DNA of 64,000 bases, from positions 197-64,196 of the forward strand of contig CAZKXX010000005.1 in assembly GCA_964556705.1 (NCBI GenBank). The letters run 5' to 3'. The notes under the pieces are model-generated. The model was not told the origin of the DNA. It did no database searches and was given only the letters and a program-made list of their open reading frames with translations. Within the stretch, counting starts at the first letter, position 1, and each line of letters begins with the position of its first letter. Below, piece by piece: positions 49,268-57,352 of this stretch. The stretch comes from an uncultured Acidobacteriota bacterium (GTDB lineage: Bacteria; Acidobacteriota; Terriglobia; UBA7540). The translations under genes were made by a program, and so were the position numbers.

Positions 49268-50944
49268 ATGCGTCGAATCGGCCTTTTCGCACTGAGTCTG
49301 GCGGGGCTCTGGAATGCCCTCTACCTGTTGTGGGCGTACACGACGCCTTCCATTCCGATGACCTGCGTCGGCGACGGGTGCGACGCGGTCCGCGCCAGCG
49401 AATACGCTTTCCTGTGGGGAGTGCCGCTGCCCGCTTTCGGCGTGGCCATGTTCCTGACGCTGGCGCTGCTGGTATTCATCGGCCCGTTGCTCAACGCCGA
49501 CCTGGAACGCCTGGCGCGCTACGCGCTGGTGGCGATTTCGGGATTCGGCTTCGCTTTTTCCCTTTATCTGACGGCCCTGGAAGCGTTCGTCATTCGCGCC
49601 TGGTGTTTCTGGTGCGTGGTCTCGGCGGTGCTGATTACGGTGATATTCGCGCTGGCGGTCCTCGACATGGTGCGCCCCCGCCCGCGCGGGGCAGCGGCGG
49701 GGCCGCCCGCCGCCCTCGCCGCGTTGCGGGGATTCGTGGTGACCGCCGTCATCGCGGTCGCCCTCGGCGTCCCGGCCTTCATCCTCCTGATGCGCCAGGC
49801 CGCGGTGGAGCCGCTCGAGGTGGCGGCGGGTGAGGGCGTGGCGGAGCGGCTGGTGCGCCCCGACAGCCACATCACCGGAAACGCGCTGGCGCCCGTCACC
49901 GTCGTCGAGTGGGCCGACTTCCAGTGTCCCGCGTGTTCGCGCGCCGAAGAGACGGCGAGAGAAATCCGGCGCCAGTACGGCGACCGCGTGCGTTTCGTCT
50001 TCCGGCAATTCCCGCTGGAACGCCTCCACCCCCACGCGCGGAGGGCGGCCGAAGCCAGCGAATGCGCCGGCGAGCAGGGGAAGTTCTGGGAGGCGGTCGA
50101 GAAATTCTTCGATCACCAGGAGGACTTGAGCGAGGCGGCGATGGTCCGCTCCGCAGGCGAGATGAGGCTGGACGTCGAGCGCTTCCGCGAGTGTCTCGCC
50201 AGCGCGCGAATGGCCGCCCGCGTGGAGCGCGACGTTCAGGACGCGCGGGCCCTCGGGCTGCGCGCCACGCCGACGTTCTTCGTCGGCCGGACCGTGGTGG
50301 AAGGGCCCCTGGCGGTGCGCGACTTCGCTCGGCTCGTGGAGGCCGAACTGGCCCGCGCCAAGGTCACGGGCCCCCGGGAAGAATCGGTCGCCGCGACTCC
50401 ACCGGGTCCGCCGAGCAATGATAAGCCGCCCTTGGAGGAAAAGAGTGGAACGAGCGCCCAAGCCCCCGAGGCGGCGGGTCAAGCCTCCGCCGGGAGCGGC
50501 GGCGGCCTGTCAGGTTTCGGAACCCTGCGGCTGGGGGGCGGAGCTTTCTCCACCTTTCAATCCTCCGCCACCACGTGCAGTGAAGAAGATCTGGCCCGGC
50601 AGCAGCCGGACATGATTCACACGGCGCAGGCGCGACAGATGTTTGAACGAGACTCTTCCGCCCTGTTTGTGGACGTCCGCCCGGCGCGCGAATTCGCCAC
50701 GCGGAGGATTCGCGGCGCCGTCAGCATCCCCGTTGAGGAAATCGAACAGCGCTGGAGCGAGTTGCCGCAGGACCGCGAAATCGTTCTGTATGAAAGCGGC
50801 AAAGGGCGCGGCGACGACCTTTGCGCCGCGGCCGTCGCGGCCGGGCGGGTGCTGCTGGCTCGCGGTTTCGCCCAGGAACGCGTAAAAGTCTTCCAGGACG
50901 GACTCGCCGCCTGGGAGCGGAGCGGCCTGCCCGTCGAGCCTTAA
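49268..50944 (+). CDS. VKOR (vitamin K epoxide reductase) + DsbA-like thioredoxin + rhodanese-like triple fusion
   Basis: The VKOR part has 4-5 TM segments with CVGDGC and CFWC. The thioredoxin part has EWADFQCPAC. A Gly/Ser/Pro linker precedes a C-terminal rhodanese-like fold (FVDVRPAREF...IRGAVSIP...VLYESGKGRG). Confidence 0.7.
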   Translation: MRRIGLFALSLAGLWNALYLLWAYTTPSIPMTCVGDGCDAVRASEYAFLWGVPLPAFGVAMFLTLALLVFIGPLLNADLERLARYALVAISGFGFAFSLYLTALEAFVIRAWCFWCVVSAVLITVIFALAVLDMVRPRPRGAAAGPPAALAALRGFVVTAVIAVALGVPAFILLMRQAAVEPLEVAAGEGVAERLVRPDSHITGNALAPVTVVEWADFQCPACSRAEETAREIRRQYGDRVRFVFRQFPLERLHPHARRAAEASECAGEQGKFWEAVEKFFDHQEDLSEAAMVRSAGEMRLDVERFRECLASARMAARVERDVQDARALGLRATPTFFVGRTVVEGPLAVRDFARLVEAELARAKVTGPREESVAATPPGPPSNDKPPLEEKSGTSAQAPEAAGQASAGSGGGLSGFGTLRLGGGAFSTFQSSATTCSEEDLARQQPDMIHTAQARQMFERDSSALFVDVRPAREFATRRIRGAVSIPVEEIEQRWSELPQDREIVLYESGKGRGDDLCAAAVAAGRVLLARGFAQERVKVFQDGLAAWERSGLPVEP

Positions 50945-51433
50945 CGCGGAAGTTAAGCCGCGTATTTTAGCGGTTTTCTAATCTGGTAAGCACCAAGGTA
51001 CTGTGGACAGCCTGCGAAAAAATGTGGCAGGTTTGCCCCGGTGTGTATATAATCCCGCGCACTTCCGCGCACCAAGGGGTCGGACGGGTTTGAGTGTGCG
51101 CTTGACCGGCGGCGGGTCGGGCATCCTTGCGGGATCGCAGGCGTCCGCTCTCGCGAAGGCGGAAGCGGTGTTTCCCGAGCAGCGGTGCCAACAAGCGGCC
51201 GGACCAGTCGGTTGGGGGACAACCATCGGAATGGCCCTGCGCTCGCCGAGGGTACGGGAATTTTTGGAGAAACTTGCGGGCTCAGATGCCGATATGTTAG
51301 GGGGCGTCGGCGGAGAGCGCCGTGTCCGGCCGTTGACCCCGCTGGCGGGGCCTAGCCGGCGGGCGGGCGCGCCGGTCGTCGTCCTCGGCGTCGAAGAGCG
51401 CGAAAGGCGCTTCCGCGAAAGATCGGGCAAACC

Positions 51434-52912
51434 ATGCCGGTACTGATCGAACACATCACCGAATTCGTGATCGCAGTCCTGATTCTGGTCGTGCTGGGGA
51501 CCGGAGCGCTGGTGGCGGCGGCCATCGCGCGACGCCAGCGGCGGGAGCGCTACTTCCAGCGGATCGATGACCTCCGCCAGCGATACAAGCCGGTGATCAC
51601 CGCCGTTCTGGCGCAAAAGCTCGAATACGTCCGCGGCGTCGAACTGTTGCGCGGCATCTCCGGGTTCGACCGCGAGTATGTCCTCGAGCAGCTTTGTCTG
51701 GAGGTTCATGCCACCGGCGAAGAGATTCCCATCCTGCGTCACCTCTGCGAGGACCTGGGCCTGGTGCGGCTGTGGCAGTCGCGGCTTTCCGGGCAGATGA
51801 ACATCGCTTCCCTGCGCGAAGCCTTCACGCGGCCCGAGGGATTTCTGGAGTGGTTCGGGGGACTGCGTTTTCTGCTGCGCGCCAAAAGCGCCGACAACCT
51901 GGGCATCATCCGCCATCGGGCGAGCTGGCCGCTGCTGGTGAAGGCGCTGGAGGATTCGCATCCGGACGTGCAGAGCGTCGCCGTACGGTCGCTCGCGGCG
52001 ATTCAGGAGCCGGAGAGCTTTCCGGCGCTGGTCCAGAGGCTGCACGACGTGGTTCTGAAACCCTCCACGCGCCTTTCGCTGCGCGCCGTCAAGACGGCGC
52101 TGGTGAGCTTCCCGCTCTCCTACGGCCCGAAGCTGATTCCCTCCCTGACCCACTCGCACCGCCGGATCCGTTTTCTGGCCACCGACGTCATCCGGGAAAT
52201 CGTCGAGCGCCTGGCGGGACAGGACGAGGAGTTCATGCTCGACCCGCGCGACTTTTCGCCGGCGCTGGCGGAAGTCTTCCTCACCCAGCTCTGCTTCGAC
52301 GAAAACCCGGACGTGCGGGCGCGCGCCGCGCCGGTGGTGGCCTATCTGGCCGACCCGCGGTCCACGCCCGTGCTGCTGACGCTGCTCGAAGACGCGCAGT
52401 GGTTCGTTCGGCTGCACACCGTTCGCGCCTTCGCCAGGCGGCGATTCATCTCGCAGGCGGCCCACCTGGCCCACCGGCTGACCGACCCGCACTGGATGGT
52501 CCGCGAGGCGGCGGCGCGCACCATGCTGGTCTACGGACAAGTCGGCAACGAGCAGCTGGCCACGCACTTCCTGAGCACCGAGGACCGCTACAGCCAGGAA
52601 CAGATCGCCGACGAAATGCAGCGCGCCGGACTCATCCCTTCGCTCCTCGCTCAATACGCCACCGAGAGCGGCGGCTCGACGGGCCGCGTTCTGGAGCGGC
52701 TGGTGAGCATGGGGAAGACCAGTTACCTAGTCAGCCTGTTGGCGCAGACTTCCGAACGCTCAGTCCGTCAGAAATTTCTCCAGAAATGGGGACGCAGCAG
52801 CGACCCGCAAATCAAGGGCTGGGTGGTGGACGTCGCTTCGAGCGAGGTTGACCCGACTCTGCGCACGCTGGCCGTCGAGTTCCTGCGGACGAGGGTCGAA
52901 CCGGGGGCCTGA
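51434..52912 (+). CDS. N-terminally TM-anchored HEAT-repeat protein
   Basis: The TM segment is FVIAVLILVVLGTGALVAAAIA. Repeated HEAT signatures follow (DSHPDVQSVAVRSLAAI, HRRIRFLATDVI, NPDVRARAAPVVAYL, QWFVRLHTVRAFA, HWMVREAAARTM). Confidence 0.7.
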   Translation: MPVLIEHITEFVIAVLILVVLGTGALVAAAIARRQRRERYFQRIDDLRQRYKPVITAVLAQKLEYVRGVELLRGISGFDREYVLEQLCLEVHATGEEIPILRHLCEDLGLVRLWQSRLSGQMNIASLREAFTRPEGFLEWFGGLRFLLRAKSADNLGIIRHRASWPLLVKALEDSHPDVQSVAVRSLAAIQEPESFPALVQRLHDVVLKPSTRLSLRAVKTALVSFPLSYGPKLIPSLTHSHRRIRFLATDVIREIVERLAGQDEEFMLDPRDFSPALAEVFLTQLCFDENPDVRARAAPVVAYLADPRSTPVLLTLLEDAQWFVRLHTVRAFARRRFISQAAHLAHRLTDPHWMVREAAARTMLVYGQVGNEQLATHFLSTEDRYSQEQIADEMQRAGLIPSLLAQYATESGGSTGRVLERLVSMGKTSYLVSLLAQTSERSVRQKFLQKWGRSSDPQIKGWVVDVASSEVDPTLRTLAVEFLRTRVEPGA

Positions 52913-52925
52913 GGAGCATCGGCTC

Positions 52926-54356
52926 ATGGAATGGGATGTCGTAAGACAGTGGTTCATCCACGGTATGAACATGTTTACCGTGGTGATCATCAGCTACTTC
53001 TTCCTCGCCAACGGCGGCTACACCATCCTGATGCTGCTGTCGCTCGGCTCGACCTGGCTTCACAACCGGCGGCTCACTTACCAGGGGCTCGATGAACTGC
53101 GCGAATCGGTTGTGACGCCGCCCGTCACGATCATCATTCCCGCCTGGAACGAAGAGGAAGTCATCGTCGAATCGGTGCGCTCCGTCCTGCGCACCGAATA
53201 CCCCAGCTTCGAAGTCGTGGTCGTGGACGACGGCTCGACGGACAAGTCGCTGGAACGTCTCATCACCGCCTTTCGCCTGGTCAGGATGGACCTCATCTAC
53301 CGCCCCCGCCTGCAGACCAAGCATGTCAAGGGCATCTATATGAACCCGCGGCTGCCGAACCTGCTGGTGGTGAGCAAGGTCAACGGCGGGAAGCCCGACG
53401 CTCTGAACGCCGGCATCAACATCTGCCGCACGCCCTACTTCTGCACGCTCGACGCCGACTGCATTCTGGAGCGGGACGCGCTGCTGCGGCTGATGCGTCC
53501 CATCGTGCGCTCGCCCGTCAATACGGTCGCCAGCGGCGGCATCGTGCGCATCCTGAACGGCTGCGAGGTCCGCGACGGCCGGGTGGTGGACGTCCGCCTG
53601 CCCCCCACTGCTATCGAGCGTTTCCAGGTCGTCGAATACCTCCGCAGCTTTCTGTTCGGCCGGACCGGCTGGGACATCCTGGGCGGGACGCTGATCGTTT
53701 CCGGCGCCTTCGCCGTGTTCCACCGCGAGACGGTGGTGGAGGCGAATGGATTTCACCACGACACGGTCACCGAGGACATGGACCTGATCGTCCAAATCCA
53801 TCGCTGGGCCGTCCACAATAACCGCAAGATCAAAATGAAGTTCACGTCGGACCCCGTCTGCTGGACCGAGTGTCCGACGTCCATGAGGATGCTCGGCCGA
53901 CAACGGCGGCGCTGGCAGCTCGGACTGTGCCAGACGTTGTGGAAGCACTCCGAGATGCTGTTCAACAGCCGTTACGGCGCCATCGGTATGGGGAGTTTTC
54001 CTTTCCACCTCTACGTCGAGGCGCTGGGAGCGCCGGTGGAGTTCCTCGGATACTTCATGGTCCCTCTGGCGCTGGCGTTTGGCATGGTTCCGCCGCAACT
54101 GTTCATTCTGTTTGTGCTCCTCAGTCTGGTTTACGGAGCGTTCCTCTCGGTGGGCGCGGTCCTGCTCGAGGAACTCACCTACCGGCGTTACCCCCGCTTC
54201 ACCGAATTGATGACCCTGTTGAAATACGCGATGCTGGAGAATATCGGATACCGGCAGGTCATTCTGTTCTACCGCGTTCAGGGCGTCTGGCATTTCCTGA
54301 CAGGCTTCCGAAAATGGGAAAAGGTCGTCCACGTGGGAGCCACGGAGCAGGCCTAG
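52926..54356 (+). CDS. processive family-2 glycosyltransferase (PgaC/IcaA/cellulose-synthase-like polysaccharide synthase)
   Basis: It has N- and C-terminal TM segments and the motifs IIIPAWNEE, VVVDDGSTD, GGKPDALNAG, LDADC, TEDMDL and QRRRWQLG (QxxRW). Confidence 0.85.
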   Translation: MEWDVVRQWFIHGMNMFTVVIISYFFLANGGYTILMLLSLGSTWLHNRRLTYQGLDELRESVVTPPVTIIIPAWNEEEVIVESVRSVLRTEYPSFEVVVVDDGSTDKSLERLITAFRLVRMDLIYRPRLQTKHVKGIYMNPRLPNLLVVSKVNGGKPDALNAGINICRTPYFCTLDADCILERDALLRLMRPIVRSPVNTVASGGIVRILNGCEVRDGRVVDVRLPPTAIERFQVVEYLRSFLFGRTGWDILGGTLIVSGAFAVFHRETVVEANGFHHDTVTEDMDLIVQIHRWAVHNNRKIKMKFTSDPVCWTECPTSMRMLGRQRRRWQLGLCQTLWKHSEMLFNSRYGAIGMGSFPFHLYVEALGAPVEFLGYFMVPLALAFGMVPPQLFILFVLLSLVYGAFLSVGAVLLEELTYRRYPRFTELMTLLKYAMLENIGYRQVILFYRVQGVWHFLTGFRKWEKVVHVGATEQA

Positions 54357-54359
54357 ACC

Positions 54360-57287
54360 ATGCGGATTCTCGGCAATCGAATTGTCATCTCGCTGATTGT
54401 CATCGCCATCGCCACGACGTTGTGGGAATTCGTGGTCAAGCCGGTGAGCGGGCCGCTTTACACGGCGGCCGTGAACGAATACCGGGCGGGCAACTACGAA
54501 CGTTCGCTCGAACTGCTCCAGCAGGCCTACCGGATCGATCCCAACAGCGCCGCCGTGCTGGCGCTGATGGGCTGGAATTACCTGAAACTGGGCCAGCCGG
54601 CGCAGGCTGAAGAGCCCTATTTCCGCCGCGCCCACATGCTGGCTCCCAACGAGCCGGATATCGCGCTGGGTTATGCTTACACCCAGGTCGAGCTGGGAAA
54701 AGTCGACGAAGCCTTCCGCATCCTGAACCAGCTTCGCGAACGCGGCGTCGCCGGCGCGGACGTGCACGTTGCCCAAGGCGCGCTTTATCGCCAGCTCGGC
54801 CGCAATCGGGAGGCCGCCCGCGAGTTTCAACTGGCCCTGGCGGCGGACACTTCGAATCCGACCGCGGAACAGAACCTGCGCGAGCTTTACGCCACCACGG
54901 GCGATTTGGAGGGGCTGCGCGGGGAGCGCCGCCCGTTCGTCCGCCCCGAGAAACTCACGCAGACCTTCCGCGCGCGCGGGGAGGCCTTCGAATACTTGAG
55001 CGGGGGCGAGTGGAAGACCGTTTATCTGGCCGGCGTCTCGCTCACGGCCGCCCTTCCCGGACGTTTCCCGGCGGAATCGCGCGTGGAAGCGGCGCTCTAT
55101 CGCCAGTGGCTCACGCAGATCAGCGGCCTCGGCGCCAACACCGTCCGCGCCTCCCTGCTGCTGCCTCCGGCGTTTTACCGCGCGCTGAGGGAGCACAACC
55201 TTTCCGGCGCAAGTCCCCTCTTCCTCGTGCAGGGCGTTCCGCTGGGTGAGCCGCCGCAGGCCGACCTGCTCGACCCCGATTTCCTGCGTGCCAGCCAGAA
55301 CGAGATTCGCTTCGCGCTGGACGCGCTGCACGGCCAGGGGGACGTTCCCTGGCGGCCCGGCCGCATCGGCGGCATCTACGACGACTCGGTGGCCGAATGG
55401 ACGGCGGGACTGGTGATCGGCGACACCTGGCTTCCCCACCTCGTCATCGCCAACAACCAGCGCCATCCGGAAACCGGCAGCTTTAACGGGACGTATTTCC
55501 AGGTCGCTTCGGGCAGCGCCACGGAAGTCTTCCTCGGCCGGCTGCTCGACTTCGCCGCCGAGTATGAGGAGAAGGCTTACAACTGGCAACGGCCGCTGGC
55601 CTTCCTGACCTGGCCGTCCCTCGACCCGATGCGCCATCCGACGGAGAGCACGATTCTGGAAGAGGTGGCCATCCGGCGGGCGCGCGGAGAACGCGTGCCG
55701 GTGCCTTCCGGCCCTTACGATGACGACGACAGCGTTTCCGTGGACCCCCTGCGGCTTCAGCCCAAGCCGCGCCTCGCGGCCGGCTACTTCGCCGCCTACA
55801 GCGTCTTCCCTTCTTATCCCGACTTCATGAACTATCAACCCAGCTACCAGGCCGTGCGCGACGCGCAAGGCAGCAATCCCTTTCTCGGCTACCTGCGCGA
55901 CTTGAAGGCCAACCATCGCGGCCTTCCGCTGCTCGTCGCCGACTACGGAATCCCCTCGAGCCACGGCATCGGCCACCTGAGCCCCGCCGGGTTCCATGAG
56001 GGCGGACACAACGAACGGCAGCAGGGTGAATTGCTGGCGCGGCTGACGCGCAGCGTTCACGAGGCGGGCGCCGCCGGCGGCATGATCTACGAATGGCTGG
56101 ACCAGTGGTTTCGCCAGTCCTGGCAATTCCGCCGTTTTGAGGTTCCCTCGGAGCGCAGTCCGCGCTGGCTGAACGCTCTGGATCCCGCCGAGCAGTTCGG
56201 TCTGGTCGCCGCAGAACCCGCCTCACGCGGCCCGCTCGCGTTGCGCGGCTTGCCGGAAGATTTTGAGGGGAAACCTCCGCTTTACTCTTCGCGCAGCAGC
56301 GGGCCGGCGCGCCCGGCGGAAGACGCCTTTGACGCGGCGCGGCACCTCAAGGCTCTCTACGTGGACGCGGATGAAGCTTTTCTGCACCTGCGGCTGGAAG
56401 TGGGACGTCTGGACAACAACGGAGACGGCCAGCCGGACTGGAACCAGGCCCGGTACGTGATCGGCCTCTCCACGCTTCCCGGACGGGCGGGCCTGCAGAC
56501 GCTGCCTTTCATCGCGCCGCTCGTGTTCCCCATGGGGATGACGTACGCCGTCCAGTTGGGCGGGCCCGAGGAGACCCGGGTTCTCGTGGCCTCCTCGTAC
56601 ACGCCCTTCCGCATCGACCCGATCGAGGGGATTCGCGGGCAGACGGGCATGCGCCTCGACTTGGGATGGCAGGCGGAGCTGGCAAGCGAAGGGGAGTTCG
56701 AGCCCCAAATGGCCGAGCCGAACCGGCGACGCTACGGGCGCGACGGGCGTTACTTCCCGCCCCTGCGTTACGAACGCGGACTGCTGCGTTTCGGAAGTCT
56801 CGACCCGCAATCGCCCAACTACAATTCGCTGGCCGGCTGGAACGTCAACCTGGCGACGAACACGGTGGACGTCCGCATCCCCTGGGGGCTCCTGGGTGTC
56901 ACCGACCCTTCGAGCTTCCAAGTGATGACCGCGGTCCGCGAAGACGGCTCGGTTGAAACCGCGGAAACACCCGGATTTCTTATCACGGCGTTCTCCTATC
57001 GGCCCGCGGACGCTGCGCGCCAACGTCCGCCGATGGAACAGCACCACGCCGTCGCGGATTCGCTTCCGGCCCTCTCCGCCACCCAGACGCGCGTCGATGC
57101 GGCCTCGCTGCGATCCTACCGCTGGACGGGCTGGGACCAGCCTCAGTACAAGCTGCGGCCGAAGGAGTCCTGGGCGGCGTTGCGCAAGGCGTTCCAGGCG
57201 CTGCCCGCCGGCCCGGAGAGCGCGGCCCCGCCAGCCACGCGAACGGCCCAGGGGCGGAGCGCCGCGGCGGGGCGCGCCGGCCGCTGA
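54360..57287 (+). CDS. TM/signal anchor + TPR + clan-GH-A-like TIM-barrel protein (paralogue 1, candidate catalytic Glu positions substituted)
   Basis: The N-terminal TPR block is followed by GANTVRASLLLPPAFYRAL, VIGDTW, FLTWPSLDP, LLVADYGIPSS and IYEWLDQWF. It is collinear with 57353..60124. Confidence 0.65.
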   Translation: MRILGNRIVISLIVIAIATTLWEFVVKPVSGPLYTAAVNEYRAGNYERSLELLQQAYRIDPNSAAVLALMGWNYLKLGQPAQAEEPYFRRAHMLAPNEPDIALGYAYTQVELGKVDEAFRILNQLRERGVAGADVHVAQGALYRQLGRNREAAREFQLALAADTSNPTAEQNLRELYATTGDLEGLRGERRPFVRPEKLTQTFRARGEAFEYLSGGEWKTVYLAGVSLTAALPGRFPAESRVEAALYRQWLTQISGLGANTVRASLLLPPAFYRALREHNLSGASPLFLVQGVPLGEPPQADLLDPDFLRASQNEIRFALDALHGQGDVPWRPGRIGGIYDDSVAEWTAGLVIGDTWLPHLVIANNQRHPETGSFNGTYFQVASGSATEVFLGRLLDFAAEYEEKAYNWQRPLAFLTWPSLDPMRHPTESTILEEVAIRRARGERVPVPSGPYDDDDSVSVDPLRLQPKPRLAAGYFAAYSVFPSYPDFMNYQPSYQAVRDAQGSNPFLGYLRDLKANHRGLPLLVADYGIPSSHGIGHLSPAGFHEGGHNERQQGELLARLTRSVHEAGAAGGMIYEWLDQWFRQSWQFRRFEVPSERSPRWLNALDPAEQFGLVAAEPASRGPLALRGLPEDFEGKPPLYSSRSSGPARPAEDAFDAARHLKALYVDADEAFLHLRLEVGRLDNNGDGQPDWNQARYVIGLSTLPGRAGLQTLPFIAPLVFPMGMTYAVQLGGPEETRVLVASSYTPFRIDPIEGIRGQTGMRLDLGWQAELASEGEFEPQMAEPNRRRYGRDGRYFPPLRYERGLLRFGSLDPQSPNYNSLAGWNVNLATNTVDVRIPWGLLGVTDPSSFQVMTAVREDGSVETAETPGFLITAFSYRPADAARQRPPMEQHHAVADSLPALSATQTRVDAASLRSYRWTGWDQPQYKLRPKESWAALRKAFQALPAGPESAAPPATRTAQGRSAAAGRAGR

Positions 57288-57352
57288 GGGGAACGGCCGA
57301 AAAGTCAGGATGGGCCCCCGCGATCTCGTCCGGGGGCAGACGAACTGGGTGA

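Noticed and set aside
50945-51433. A possible c-di-GMP riboswitch (GEMM-I/II) in the EPS operon leader.
   Set aside because: I looked for the conserved GGCAAACC...ACGCAAAGC cores and found neither. The region is kept only as a generic long-leader observation.
52812-56126. A 1104-aa ORF on the minus strand. Similar giant antisense ORFs occur at 60097..63261 (-), 38929..41946 (+), 27187..29463 (-), 24792..27011 (+), 23114..25096 (+), 50978..52654 (-), 13920..16175 (+), 9048..10703 (+) and 2008..3363 (+).
   Set aside because: Each lies antisense to a gene with clear family motifs. Their translations are Arg/Ala/Gly/Pro-rich with no recognisable domains, as expected for stop-poor shadow frames in high-GC DNA.
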